DNA from: Bacteroidales bacterium UBA1756
Lineage (GTDB): Bacteria; Bacteroidota; Bacteroidia; Bacteroidales; WCHB1-69
Assembly (NCBI GenBank): GCA_002314795.1
Contig: DCHI01000078.1
Location: 7,898-71,897 of the forward strand
DNA length: 64,000 nucleotides
Reading direction: 5' to 3'
Below, in pieces: positions 1 to 8,769 of this stretch (within the stretch, counting starts at the first letter, position 1; each line of letters begins with the position of its first letter). Below the pieces are notes generated by a model. It was not told the origin of the DNA and did not search any database. It saw nothing but the letters and a program-made list of their open reading frames with translations. Made by a program: the position numbers and the translations under genes.

Positions 1-537
1 AAGTTGGTGCAGTTTGCGGGCGTTTTCAGTATCCAGGTTGCCGGATGGTTCGTCCGCCAAAATCAGTTTCGGATAGTTAACCAGAGCTCTGGCCACGGCG
101 ACACGTTGCTGTTCGCCACCGGAAAGTTGGGACGGCTTGTGCGAAAGACGGTCGGAAAGTTTAAGATAATCTAACAGCTCCGCCGCGTGCTTGAGGGCCT
201 CCGCCTTGGACTTTCCGGCAATCATAGCGGGAAGCGCCACGTTTTCTACCGCCGTGAATTCCGGAAGAAGGTGGTGAAATTGAAACACAAAGCCGATGTT
301 CCGGTTTCGGTAGGCGGCCAGGTCAGTGTCCGACAACTGATACAGGTCGGTGTCGTCAATGAGGACGCGACCGGCATCGGGCTTATCCAAAGTGCCAATC
401 AAGTGCAAAAGTGTGGATTTTCCAGCTCCGGACGCCCCGACAATCGTCACGACGGTTGAGTCAGCGATTTTCAAGTCAATGCCTTTCAGCACTTTCAATG
501 TGCCGTAACTTTTTTCAAGGGATTCTATGGTTATCAT
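1..537 (-). CDS. ABC transporter ATP-binding protein (LolD/FtsE-like); C-terminus lies outside the window
   Basis: Own reverse-strand translation from the ATG at 537 gives [22 protein letters not shown]... It has Walker [10 protein letters not shown], signature [15 protein letters not shown] and Walker B LILADEP. The frame stays open to the window edge, so it is not in the ORF track. Confidence 0.85.
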   Translation of the reverse strand, partial: MITIESLEKSYGTLKVLKGIDLKIADSTVVTIVGASGAGKSTLLHLIGTLDKPDAGRVLIDDTDLYQLSDTDLAAYRNRNIGFVFQFHHLLPEFTAVENVALPAMIAGKSKAEALKHAAELLDYLKLSDRLSHKPSQLSGGEQQRVAVARALVNYPKLILADEPSGNLDTENARKLHQL

Positions 538-566
538 TGTTCGCGTTTCGGATTTGTATGTAACAA

Positions 567-610
567 ATTAGCAGTTAGCAATAAACATTCATTTACCACT
601 AACTGCTAAT
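567..610 (-). terminator. Perfect 12-bp inverted repeat hairpin downstream of the mmd genes (possible terminator)
   Basis: ATTAGCAGTTAG (567-578) pairs with CTAACTGCTAAT (599-610) around a 20-nt loop, immediately after the stop at 629 on the minus strand. The U-tract after the stem is weak (TTGTT). Confidence 0.4.
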
Positions 611-628
611 CGTTATTGAAAAAATAAA

Positions 629-1090
629 TTATTCGATGGTGAGGAGGACGTCGCCTTCCATAACGGCATCGCGTTGTTTAACGCGGATTCCGGTAACTTT
701 ACCTGCCTTCGGAGCTTCAATGTTGTTTTCCATTTTCATTGCTTCGAGAAGGATGATGTGTTGACCGGCGGTAACGGTGTCCCCTTCGCGGACCATAATG
801 TCAAGGACAGTTCCTGGCAGCGGGGATTTGACAGCCATTCCGGCGCCACTTGCGGCGGGTGCGGCAGCGGGTGCGGCAGCAGGAGCAGCGGCCGGAGCGG
901 CGGCTCTTGGAGCAGCTGCAGCAGCAGGACGTGCGGCTGGAGCGGGTGCACTCGGAGTCTTTACGCCCGTCATATCCAATTCTACTTCGTAGGCCTTGCC
1001 GTTAACTTCAACTTGGGCCTTGTTATCAACGATGTCAACAATGTCAACTGAGTATTCGTTGCCGTTGATTTTGAACTTGTAATTTTTCAT
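629..1090 (-). CDS. mmdC: Biotin carboxyl carrier subunit (methylmalonyl-CoA/oxaloacetate decarboxylase gamma-type)
   Basis: 153 aa with the biotinyl-lysine motif LLEAMKMENNIEAP near the C-terminus and a long Ala/Pro linker. It lies downstream of the carboxyltransferase and OadG-like genes. Confidence 0.85.
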   Translation of the reverse strand: MKNYKFKINGNEYSVDIVDIVDNKAQVEVNGKAYEVELDMTGVKTPSAPAPAARPAAAAAPRAAAPAAAPAAAPAAAPAASGAGMAVKSPLPGTVLDIMVREGDTVTAGQHIILLEAMKMENNIEAPKAGKVTGIRVKQRDAVMEGDVLLTIE

Positions 1091-1146
1091 AGTACTATTT
1101 TTTATAATTTTTTAATTCTGATACAATATATATATGTATATATGAC

Positions 1147-2190
1147 CTATTTTCTTTCAGGATTTTGTTTGAAATTGAAATGTTTCTGTCCCCAGACGGA
1201 ATGTTCGGCATCATCGTTGAAGGTCAAAACTTCACTTTCGTAATCGTGATTGGTGTAAAGGTACATATAAAGTGCCATCGCGATGGCCGTAGTCTCTTCG
1301 TCGCTGCCACCGATGTTGGCCTGGTGAAGGGCGGCTGCAATGGCGACGGCTTCTTCGTCAGACAGAGGACCGTTCCCTTGGACGGGAGCGACTTTCTTTT
1401 CCTCTTTCTTCGGAGCTTTTCCACTTTTTCTGGAATAGTAACCAAAGATTTTCAAAACGATATAGATGATGGCCAATACGCCAAAAACAACGGACATTGA
1501 AGTCAATGTCATTGCAATTCCGTGCGGGTCATTCTTAGCCAATTTGTCGGCCTTGCTTTCCGAAGCTTGAACCTTGTTGTTGGAACCAGGAGTGAAAAAT
1601 TCCAAGTAGGTACGCAAATCCTTGGCATTGTCCTCTTCTACGACAGAGTTTTCTCCATTGTCAGCGACAACGCCATCTTCCGGACATCCGAAAGATTGAT
1701 TTCTGGTACGCAAACTTTCTGGAAATTCCATAATGTCAATGAGCGTTCTACCGTCGGAACCGAGGAGCGCAACATAGTTGGAATTATCCGGAGTAAAATT
1801 GGTGTGGAAGGTACCGTATGTGGGGTCGCCATCCAAGAAGAAGACAACGGCGCTACGTTGTTCCATCAAGGTTTTCGGGTCTCCCTTAGGAATATTGTAA
1901 CATTTTTCTTTGAACTTGTTCAATGCGTTCTGGCCTGCTTTGCCTCTTTGTTGCGCAGCGGCGAGGCCGGTGGTATCGTTGGTGAGGTAGCACCCTCCGA
2001 TGTTCACGGAGTTGTACGCAGTATTGTAAATCTCGACCCACGGCACGTGACGGCTGTACTCATCCGTGAAATTCTCATCATTTTTAATGAGAATCTCGTT
2101 CAGACGCAAGTCAGCGATAGACTGTGCCTGAAGGGAGAATGCTGCCAACGCGATAACGAGGGTGAGGCAGATATTTTTAAAACTTTTCAT
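1147..2190 (-). CDS. Lamin-tail-domain / OadG-like membrane subunit of the decarboxylase complex
   Basis: 347 aa with a signal peptide and an LTD-like N-terminal region (LRLNEILIKNDENFTDEY...VEIYNT). It has an OadG-like TM helix (MSVVFGVLAIIYIVLKIFGYY) and a repeated DEE..AIA.AL tail. It sits between mmdA and mmdC. Confidence 0.7.
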   Translation of the reverse strand: MKSFKNICLTLVIALAAFSLQAQSIADLRLNEILIKNDENFTDEYSRHVPWVEIYNTAYNSVNIGGCYLTNDTTGLAAAQQRGKAGQNALNKFKEKCYNIPKGDPKTLMEQRSAVVFFLDGDPTYGTFHTNFTPDNSNYVALLGSDGRTLIDIMEFPESLRTRNQSFGCPEDGVVADNGENSVVEEDNAKDLRTYLEFFTPGSNNKVQASESKADKLAKNDPHGIAMTLTSMSVVFGVLAIIYIVLKIFGYYSRKSGKAPKKEEKKVAPVQGNGPLSDEEAVAIAAALHQANIGGSDEETTAIAMALYMYLYTNHDYESEVLTFNDDAEHSVWGQKHFNFKQNPERK

Positions 2191-2214
2191 TTGTCTGTCA
2201 ATGTTTTAGTTAGA

Positions 2215-3774
2215 TTATAACGGGAGGTTGTCGTGCTTCTTGGCCGGATTTTCAAGACGCTTGGTGCGCAATGATTCGAGGGCGCGGATGACTCTGAAAC
2301 GCGTGTTGCGCGGTTCGATAACGTCGTCGATATAACCATATTTGGCAGCCACATACGGATTAGCAAATGCCTTCGTGTATTCGGCTTCTTTTTCATTAAG
2401 ATAATCTGCCTGTTTTGCCGGATCTTCAATGTTCTTGACATCCTTGCTGTAGAGAATTTCAACAGCGCCCTTGCCACCCATAACGGCGATTTCAGCTGTC
2501 GGCCACGCATAGTTGATGTCACCACGAAGATGCTTGGAACTCATTACGCAGTATGCTCCACCATAGTCTTTACGAAGGATGACGGTAACTTTCGGGACCG
2601 TTGCTTCACCGTAAGCATAAAGCAATTTGGCACCGTGAAGGATGATACCGCCGTATTCCTGACCGGTTCCAGGGAGGAAACCGGGAACGTCAACCAACGT
2701 TACCAACGGAATATTGAATGCGTCACAGAAACGTACGAAGCGAGCGCCCTTGCGGGAAGCGTTGATGTCGAGAACGCCAGCAAGCCAGTTGGGCTGGTTG
2801 GCTACGATACCGACGGACATACCGTTGAAACGGGCAAAACCGACCACGATGTTCTTGGCGTAATTGGCTTGAACTTCCAAAAATTCGCCATTGTCAACGA
2901 TGCTGTTGATGACGGACTTGACATCGTAGGGCTTGTTTGGATTGTCGGGAATGATTTGATTGAGAACGTCATCCAAACGATTGATAGGATCTTCGCAGCT
3001 ATAGCGAGGTGCGGTTTCCATATTGTTGGATGGGAGGAATCCGAGAAGTTGACGAATCATAGCGATACCGTCGTCTTCGTTATCCACAGCAAAAGAGGCG
3101 ACGCCTGACTTGGTTGAATGGACGCTGGCGCCACCGAGGTCTTCAACGCTGACCGTTTCGCCCGTGACCGTTTTCACAACCTTGGGTCCCGTAACGAACA
3201 TATAGCTGGTATTCTTAGCCATCATAATGAAGTCGGTGAGAGCCGGTGAATAGACGGCACCGCCGGCGCAAGGACCGAAGATGGCTGAAATCTGGGGAAC
3301 GACGCCGGAAGCGAGGATGTTACGTTGGAAAATTTCTGCGTAACCAGCCAAGCTGTTGACACCTTCCTGAATACGAGCTCCACCGGAATCATTGAATCCG
3401 ATTACGGGAGCACCCATCTTCATTGCTTGGTCCAAAACCTTGCATATTTTGTTAGCGACCGTCTCGGACAGAGAACCGCCGGAAACGGTAAAGTCTTGAG
3501 AATAAACGAAAACGAGGCGTCCGTCGACAGTACCGTAACCCGTAATCACACCATCGGTGAGCGGGGTGTCCTTTTCCATTCCGAAATTGTGGCAACGGTG
3601 GGTGGAGAACATATCAAATTCTTCAAAGCTGCCTTCGTCCAAAAATTTGAGGATACGTTCCCTTGCGGTGTACTTGCCTTGGGCGTGCTGCTTTTCAATT
3701 CGCTTTTCGCCGCCGGCCATACGGGCTTTCTCACGGAGTTCCAAAAGCTCGTTGATTTTGTCTTGCATTGTCAT
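2215..3774 (-). CDS. mmdA: Methylmalonyl-CoA decarboxylase alpha subunit / acyl-CoA carboxyltransferase
   Basis: 519 aa with carboxyltransferase motifs ([38 protein letters not shown]). Confidence 0.9.
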   Translation of the reverse strand: MTMQDKINELLELREKARMAGGEKRIEKQHAQGKYTARERILKFLDEGSFEEFDMFSTHRCHNFGMEKDTPLTDGVITGYGTVDGRLVFVYSQDFTVSGGSLSETVANKICKVLDQAMKMGAPVIGFNDSGGARIQEGVNSLAGYAEIFQRNILASGVVPQISAIFGPCAGGAVYSPALTDFIMMAKNTSYMFVTGPKVVKTVTGETVSVEDLGGASVHSTKSGVASFAVDNEDDGIAMIRQLLGFLPSNNMETAPRYSCEDPINRLDDVLNQIIPDNPNKPYDVKSVINSIVDNGEFLEVQANYAKNIVVGFARFNGMSVGIVANQPNWLAGVLDINASRKGARFVRFCDAFNIPLVTLVDVPGFLPGTGQEYGGIILHGAKLLYAYGEATVPKVTVILRKDYGGAYCVMSSKHLRGDINYAWPTAEIAVMGGKGAVEILYSKDVKNIEDPAKQADYLNEKEAEYTKAFANPYVAAKYGYIDDVIEPRNTRFRVIRALESLRTKRLENPAKKHDNLPL

Positions 3775-3863
3775 TTGCTTCTATTTTTTTGATTTATAAA
3801 TTGTTCTTCTTGTTTTCGTATGTTATTGAAACAGCCCTATTTCGCAATTTCAAAAATCGGCTG

Positions 3864-3871
3864 CAAATTTA
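3864..3871 (-). promoter_or_regulatory. Bacteroidota -7 promoter box for the mmd operon
   Basis: The reverse strand reads TAAATTTG (TAnnTTTG), 90 nt upstream of the mmdA ATG. Confidence 0.5.
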
Positions 3872-3978
3872 CATTTTTTTTGTAGAAAAAGCCACATTTT
3901 TTTATAGTCTCTTTATCTTTCTTTATTCTTTGATGAATGAACAAAAATCGTATTTTTGCGGCTTCAATTTTTTTCACA

Positions 3979-5259
3979 ATGACTATATCTGAAAAAGAAC
4001 AAATCATCGGACTTGTTAAGCGCGAGGTCGTTCCGGCTATCGGATGCACCGAACCGATGGCCGTCGCTTTGGCCGTTGCAAAATCGAAAGAAATTTTAGG
4101 GAGCATCCCCAAACAAATCGAGGTTTCTCTCAGTGCCAATATGCTGAAAAACGCAATGGGTGTCGGAATCCCCGGAACGGATATGGTGGGACTTCCCATC
4201 GCCATCGCACTCGGAGCCATCATCGGAAATTCCGATTATCTGCTTGAAGTTTTGAAAGATACTACCCCCGAATCGGTGGCCGCTGGCCGTGATTTCATCG
4301 CTCAAAAGCGAATTCAAATTTCACAAAAAAAAGATACGACTGAAAAACTCTACATTGAAGTTGTGAGCCACAACGGAGATGACAAAGCGGTCGTCATCAT
4401 TCGGGGCGAACATACGCATTTTGCATACATCGCAAAAAATGGAGATGTTCTGTTGGATGAGAGCAAGGCCACTTCTTCCGTCTCCGAAACATCCGATCCG
4501 GTGCTTACTTTGAAAAAGGTTTATGATTTCGCGATGAATGCCCCGTTGGAGGATATCCGTTTCATCCTCGAGGCCGCCGAACTGAACCGCAAGGTGGCTG
4601 AAATCTCGCTTCACGGAGACTATGGCCACGGATTGGGGAAAATGATTTTTATGCAACCCCACGAACAACTTTTGGGGAATGGCATTTTCTCTAAAATATT
4701 GGCCTACACTTCCGCCGCCTGCGATGCCCGTATGGCCGGTTTGAAAGTTCCGGTGATGAGCAATTCCGGCAGCGGCAATCAAGGAATTGCCGCTACATTG
4801 CCCGTCTGGGTGTATGCCCAAGAGCGTTTAAAAAGTGAAGAAGAGCTGATTCGCGCATTGATGCTCAGTCACTTAACCGTCATTTACATTAAACAAAGCT
4901 TCGGACGACTTTCACCTTTGTGTGGCTGTGTCGTGGCCGCTACGGGTTCCGCCTGCGGAATTACCTACCTTATGGGCGGCGACTATGAACAAATCGTCTA
5001 TGCCGTCAAAAATATGATTGCCAATATTTCGGGAATGATTTGTGACGGAGCCAAGCCGAGCTGCTCGTTGAAAGTGGCTACCGGCGTTTCCACGGCTGTC
5101 TTTTCATCTATGCTGGCCGTAGAAGGCCGGACGGTATCTTCCGTGGAAGGAATCATTGATGATGATGTAGAAAAATGCATCCGCAATATGGCCAACTTGG
5201 GCATTCAAGGAATGGCGGGGACGGACAATTACGTGTTGGACATTATGACACGCAAGTAA
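3979..5259 (+). CDS. UPF0597 / L-cysteine desulfidase (serine dehydratase alpha-like) family protein
   Basis: The N-terminal motif VVPAIGCTEPMAVALAVA is typical of the family. I prefer the ATG at 3979 (MTISEKEQIIG...) over 3937 because the family N-terminus lies about 20 aa before PAIGCTEP. Confidence 0.75.
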   Translation: MTISEKEQIIGLVKREVVPAIGCTEPMAVALAVAKSKEILGSIPKQIEVSLSANMLKNAMGVGIPGTDMVGLPIAIALGAIIGNSDYLLEVLKDTTPESVAAGRDFIAQKRIQISQKKDTTEKLYIEVVSHNGDDKAVVIIRGEHTHFAYIAKNGDVLLDESKATSSVSETSDPVLTLKKVYDFAMNAPLEDIRFILEAAELNRKVAEISLHGDYGHGLGKMIFMQPHEQLLGNGIFSKILAYTSAACDARMAGLKVPVMSNSGSGNQGIAATLPVWVYAQERLKSEEELIRALMLSHLTVIYIKQSFGRLSPLCGCVVAATGSACGITYLMGGDYEQIVYAVKNMIANISGMICDGAKPSCSLKVATGVSTAVFSSMLAVEGRTVSSVEGIIDDDVEKCIRNMANLGIQGMAGTDNYVLDIMTRK

Positions 5260-5273
5260 TCCCGTCCGGTAGA

Positions 5274-5966
5274 ATGTTGAAAACCATTGCTCCCATCGCC
5301 CACATCCGTAGCGATTTCCCGACAAAGTTCGGGATTCCGCGGCAAAGTGGATTAGTACCCGAATTGCGTGCCACGATTGTTTTTGAACCCGAGTACGCTG
5401 TGGCGGAAGCCGTGCGCGGCCTTTCCGATTTTTCTCACCTGTGGCTGATTTGGGGATTTTCAGCCGCCGAGCGTTCCGAATGGTCACCGACGGTGCGTCC
5501 GCCTCGCCTTGGCGGAAACGTCCGAATGGGCGTGTTTGCAACCCGTTCTCCGTTCCGTCCGAATTTCCTCGGTCTTTCGTCGGTTCGAATCATTTCGGTA
5601 AACGTGGTGAATGGCATTCCCGACATACAAGTCGCCGGCGCCGACCTGATGGACGGCACTCCGATTTATGACATCAAACCGTACCTGACAACGACGGACT
5701 GTCATCCGGAAGCCCGTGACGGCTTTGTAGCCGCGTCCGGCAGTTATGGCATCGAGGTTGTTTTTCCGGACGAGATGGCGACCGAAATGACTTGCGAAGA
5801 ACGGACGGCACTGCGAGCCGTATTAGCACAAGACCCGCGTCCGGCCTACCACGACGACCCCATCCGAATCTACGGTTTCCCTTTCGGGAAATACGAGGTG
5901 AAATTCAAAGTTTCTGACAACGTCCTGACGGTGATTTCCGTAGAAAAAAACATCAAAATATTGTAG
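5274..5966 (+). CDS. trmO: tRNA (N6-threonylcarbamoyladenosine(37)-N6)-methyltransferase TrmO (TsaA/YaeB family)
   Basis: MLKTIAPIAHIRSDFPTKFGIPRQSGLV..., FSHLWLIWGF, RPPRLGG, GVFATRSPFRPN, DGTPIYDIKPY. The track ORF start at 5175 overlaps the upstream gene, so the ATG at 5274 is chosen. Confidence 0.85.
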   Translation: MLKTIAPIAHIRSDFPTKFGIPRQSGLVPELRATIVFEPEYAVAEAVRGLSDFSHLWLIWGFSAAERSEWSPTVRPPRLGGNVRMGVFATRSPFRPNFLGLSSVRIISVNVVNGIPDIQVAGADLMDGTPIYDIKPYLTTTDCHPEARDGFVAASGSYGIEVVFPDEMATEMTCEERTALRAVLAQDPRPAYHDDPIRIYGFPFGKYEVKFKVSDNVLTVISVEKNIKIL

Positions 5967-6004
5967 GGACGCCACATTGTGACGTCACATTGTGACATCC
6001 CTGC
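5963..6004. repeat. Imperfect 42-bp palindrome containing tandem CACATTGTGAC copies
   Basis: GTAGGGACGCCACATTGTGAC|GTCACATTGTGACATCCCTGC is centred on GACGTC (5981-5986). It begins on the trmO stop codon. Its 3' arm overlaps a small hairpin TCCCT-GCACG-AGGGA (5998-6012). Confidence 0.6.
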
Positions 6005-6051
6005 ACGAGGGAATTAAGATTTTTTAAAATCACGATTTCCTCCTTTTGTCG

Positions 6052-6059
6052 TACCTTTG
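6052..6059 (+). promoter_or_regulatory. -7 promoter box for lpxD-lpxC
   Basis: TACCTTTG lies 16 nt before the ATG at 6075. It overlaps the track ORF start at 6057, which argues for 6075. Confidence 0.55.
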
Positions 6060-6074
6060 CACAAAATTAATATT

Positions 6075-7097
6075 ATGGAATTTAAAATATCTCAAATTGC
6101 GCAACTACTTTCTGCTGAGATTGTTGGAGACGAAAACGCAACTGTTCAAACCGTATGTAAAATTGAAGAAGGAATCCCTGGAGGACTTACCTTTCTTGCC
6201 AATCCGAAATATACACACCATATTTACGAAACCAAAGCCACTGCCGCCATCGTCAACAGTGACTTTGTTCCTGAAAAGCCGGTCAACTGCACCCTCATCA
6301 AAGTGAAAGATCCGTATTTCGCTTTTGCCCAACTTTTGGATTTTTACAACAAAGCCAAGGGAACGAAACGCGGGATTTCATCGCACGCGTGCATCGCTGA
6401 ATCGGCAAAAATCGGGAAAGACGTTTACATCGGCGAATTTGCCAGCATTGGCGAAAACGTGGTCGTGGGCGACGGTTGCCAAATCTTTCCACACGTTTGC
6501 TTAGGAGACAACGTTAAAGTCGGGAACAACACCGTTCTCAATTCGGGAGTCAAGGTTTATGCAGAATGCGTTATCGGGAATGACTGTATTCTTCACGCGG
6601 GCGCCGTTATCGGAGCCGATGGTTTCGGATTCGCGCCTAAGGATGGTATTTTTGTCAAAGTTCCTCAAATCGGCAATGTCGTCATTGAAGACAATGTTGA
6701 AATCGGATCCAACACCTGCATCGACCGCGCAACGATGGGGTCCACCATCATTCACAAAAACGTTAAGTTAGACAACCTGATTCAAATCGCCCACAATGTG
6801 GAGGTGGGTGAAGGATGTGCCTTTGCCGCACAAGTCGGAATCGCCGGTTCTGCCAAGATAGGCAAACATTGCATTATGGGCGGAAAAGCCGGAATGGTTG
6901 GCCATATCACGATGGGAGATAACACGATGGTCGGGCCGCAATCCGCTGTTTCACACGCACTTCTGGGAAACCAGGTCGTTCTCGGTTCGCCCGCCATTCC
7001 CGCAAGCGAGGAAAAACGGCTTATCATCTTCCGCAAAAAACTTCCAGAACTTTTCAACCGCGTTTCTGAACTTGAAAAAAAACTGAAAAATGAGTAA
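6075..7097 (+). CDS. lpxD: UDP-3-O-acylglucosamine N-acyltransferase
   Basis: The N-terminus [16 protein letters not shown]...[11 protein letters not shown] is followed by a long run of hexapeptide (left-handed beta-helix) repeats. Confidence 0.9.
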   Translation: MEFKISQIAQLLSAEIVGDENATVQTVCKIEEGIPGGLTFLANPKYTHHIYETKATAAIVNSDFVPEKPVNCTLIKVKDPYFAFAQLLDFYNKAKGTKRGISSHACIAESAKIGKDVYIGEFASIGENVVVGDGCQIFPHVCLGDNVKVGNNTVLNSGVKVYAECVIGNDCILHAGAVIGADGFGFAPKDGIFVKVPQIGNVVIEDNVEIGSNTCIDRATMGSTIIHKNVKLDNLIQIAHNVEVGEGCAFAAQVGIAGSAKIGKHCIMGGKAGMVGHITMGDNTMVGPQSAVSHALLGNQVVLGSPAIPASEEKRLIIFRKKLPELFNRVSELEKKLKNE

Positions 7098-7995
7098 GCA
7101 ACATACACTTTCCGGCAGCACATCACTGTCAGGAAAAGGCCTTCACACAGGCAAATACGTTACCGTTACATTCCAACCAGCCGAAGCCAATCACGGCATC
7201 ATTTTCCGCCGCATTGACTTGGAAGGGAAACCGACTGTCCGCGCCATCGGCACCAATGTTTTCGACACATCGAGGGGAACTGCCATCAAAGACGGCGCCG
7301 CCGAAGTCCGTACCATCGAACATCTGATGGCCGCCCTCGCCGGTCTCGAAATCGACAACGTACTCATCGACATCGACGCGGAGGAGACTCCTATTTTGGA
7401 TGGAAGCTCCCGTCTTTACATTGAAGCCCTTCAAAAATTGGAAATCGTTGAGCAAGATACCGAACGTGAGTTTTTCACCATTGAAAAGCCCGTCAACCTT
7501 GAATTTGCTGACAAAGGCATCCGGATTCGCATCGAGCCCGCCGATGATTTTCAACTTTTCGTGGACGTCGATTACGGCACTGAAATCTTAGCCAAACAGA
7601 CGGCTGAATTGAAAGACATTCGTCACTTTGTTCCCGAAGTTTTCAGTTGCAGAACCTTCGTCTTCTTGCACGAACTGCAATTCCTCATCCAGCACAATTT
7701 GGTCAAAGGCGGCGACGTGGATAATGCCATCGTTTTCGTAGCCCAAATGCCCACCTCCGATGTGTTGAAACAACTTGCCGACTTCTTCCAAAAAAGCGAC
7801 CTGAAAGTCACCGAAAACGGCATTCTGAACAATATTGACCTGCGGTTTCCAAACGAGCCGGCACGTCACAAGCTGTTAGACCTCATCGGAGACCTTTACC
7901 TTTTAGGAAAGCCACTCAAAGGGCACGTCTATGCCACGCGACCTGGCCATTTTGCCAATACCGAAATGACCAAATTGCTTTTGAAAAACAACTAA
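7090..7995 (+). CDS. lpxC: UDP-3-O-acyl-N-acetylglucosamine deacetylase (stand-alone, no FabZ domain)
   Basis: 301 aa with [40 protein letters not shown] and GHFAN. It overlaps the lpxD stop by 8 nt and ends at a strong terminator. Confidence 0.9.
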   Translation: MSKQHTLSGSTSLSGKGLHTGKYVTVTFQPAEANHGIIFRRIDLEGKPTVRAIGTNVFDTSRGTAIKDGAAEVRTIEHLMAALAGLEIDNVLIDIDAEETPILDGSSRLYIEALQKLEIVEQDTEREFFTIEKPVNLEFADKGIRIRIEPADDFQLFVDVDYGTEILAKQTAELKDIRHFVPEVFSCRTFVFLHELQFLIQHNLVKGGDVDNAIVFVAQMPTSDVLKQLADFFQKSDLKVTENGILNNIDLRFPNEPARHKLLDLIGDLYLLGKPLKGHVYATRPGHFANTEMTKLLLKNN

Positions 7996-8015
7996 GCAAT
8001 CCCATCACATACAAC

Positions 8016-8045
8016 AAAAAAGCCGAGAATCCTCGGCTTTTTTTA
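8016..8045. terminator. Bidirectional intrinsic terminator between lpxC and the convergent lipoprotein gene
   Basis: AAAAAAGCCGAGAATCCTCGGCTTTTTTT. The 7-bp GC-rich stem AGCCGAG/CTCGGCT is flanked by an A-tract and a T-tract. Confidence 0.85.
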
Positions 8046-8063
8046 TATCAAACAGGACGAAAA

Positions 8064-8729
8064 CTAATAACTAATGTAGAATTTATCCGGTGATTTCGCG
8101 TCTTGCACGAAAATGATTTGCGGTTCATTGCAGGAACGGATGGTGTCAGTATGTACTTGTTCAAAGTTAACTTTATGGTAATTAACCACTTGACTTACAT
8201 AAAATTCATTCTTCAGCACTTTTTTCACACTACTTTGTCCCAAAGAATAGGTCAAGCGAACGCTGAAATCCAATGGGGATTCCTGTTGCGTGAAATTTTG
8301 CTCCACAATTTCGGAACGGTCGGGCGTAACGGAGACACCACAAAATTCAAAGATAGAAGCGTGTATCATCGGGAAATCCAACATCTTGTATGAGTGGGCA
8401 GGTATTGCAATGACATTCTCCGGAGAATAGACCAAAGCCCGATTTTTCTTTACTTGCAAGAAATCCATTGCCAGTCCATTTTTCACAAAAAAAGTCTCTC
8501 CCAAATAAATGTACATCGTCTCATCTGTCTGATTGAACAAGGTAAAAGACATATTCCCTTTGTCAGCCCAAAAGTCGTAATCTAAGCGGCAATCTTTGTC
8601 CGAATAAGTGACCACATTTTCAGAAACCTTCGTGGGTTCTATCGATTTCAAACTCAGCACCTGATAATAGTTGACACAAGAGGTACAAACAAGTGCTATG
8701 GTGAACAACAGAGGAAGGATTTTTTTCAT
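8064..8729 (-). CDS. Hypothetical lipoprotein
   Basis: 221 aa with a signal peptide ending in a lipobox-like LVCTSC. I recognise no family. Confidence 0.6.
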   Translation of the reverse strand: MKKILPLLFTIALVCTSCVNYYQVLSLKSIEPTKVSENVVTYSDKDCRLDYDFWADKGNMSFTLFNQTDETMYIYLGETFFVKNGLAMDFLQVKKNRALVYSPENVIAIPAHSYKMLDFPMIHASIFEFCGVSVTPDRSEIVEQNFTQQESPLDFSVRLTYSLGQSSVKKVLKNEFYVSQVVNYHKVNFEQVHTDTIRSCNEPQIIFVQDAKSPDKFYISY

Positions 8730-8769
8730 TGGTTTGGATTTTATTTATAAATGATTAAAATTCAACAAT

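Noticed and set aside
674-1051. Plus- and minus-strand ORFs (674..1051, 777..992, 736..951) rich in Ala/Gly/Pro/Leu that overlap the biotin carrier gene.
   Set aside because: They are shadow frames of the GC-rich Ala/Pro linker (GCNGCNCCN repeats) of mmdC. They have no start context or motifs, and the real frame carries the AMKM biotinylation site.
1522-2220. 232-aa plus-strand ORF opposite the LTD-OadG gene, and 2530..3108 / 3325..3792 opposite mmdA.
   Set aside because: They are antisense to well-supported genes, have no recognisable motifs and have odd composition. These are typical shadow ORFs.
4321-4821. 166-aa minus-strand ORF inside the UPF0597 gene, and 5104..5541 spanning its 3' end and the start of trmO.
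   Set aside because: They are antisense to genes with strong family motifs, and no promoter box is present.
5175-5273. N-terminal extensions in the ORF track. Examples are 5175 for trmO, 6057 for lpxD, 13426 for the hydrolase, 35521 for the NifU-like gene, 39322 (TTG) for the ATPase, 43223 for HAD, 46544 for mutS2, 51767 for the propeller lipoprotein, 54469 for the esterase and 58166 (TTG) for the sigma factor.
   Set aside because: In each case the extension overlaps an upstream gene, a -7 promoter box or a terminator. An internal ATG gives a normal signal peptide or family N-terminus.
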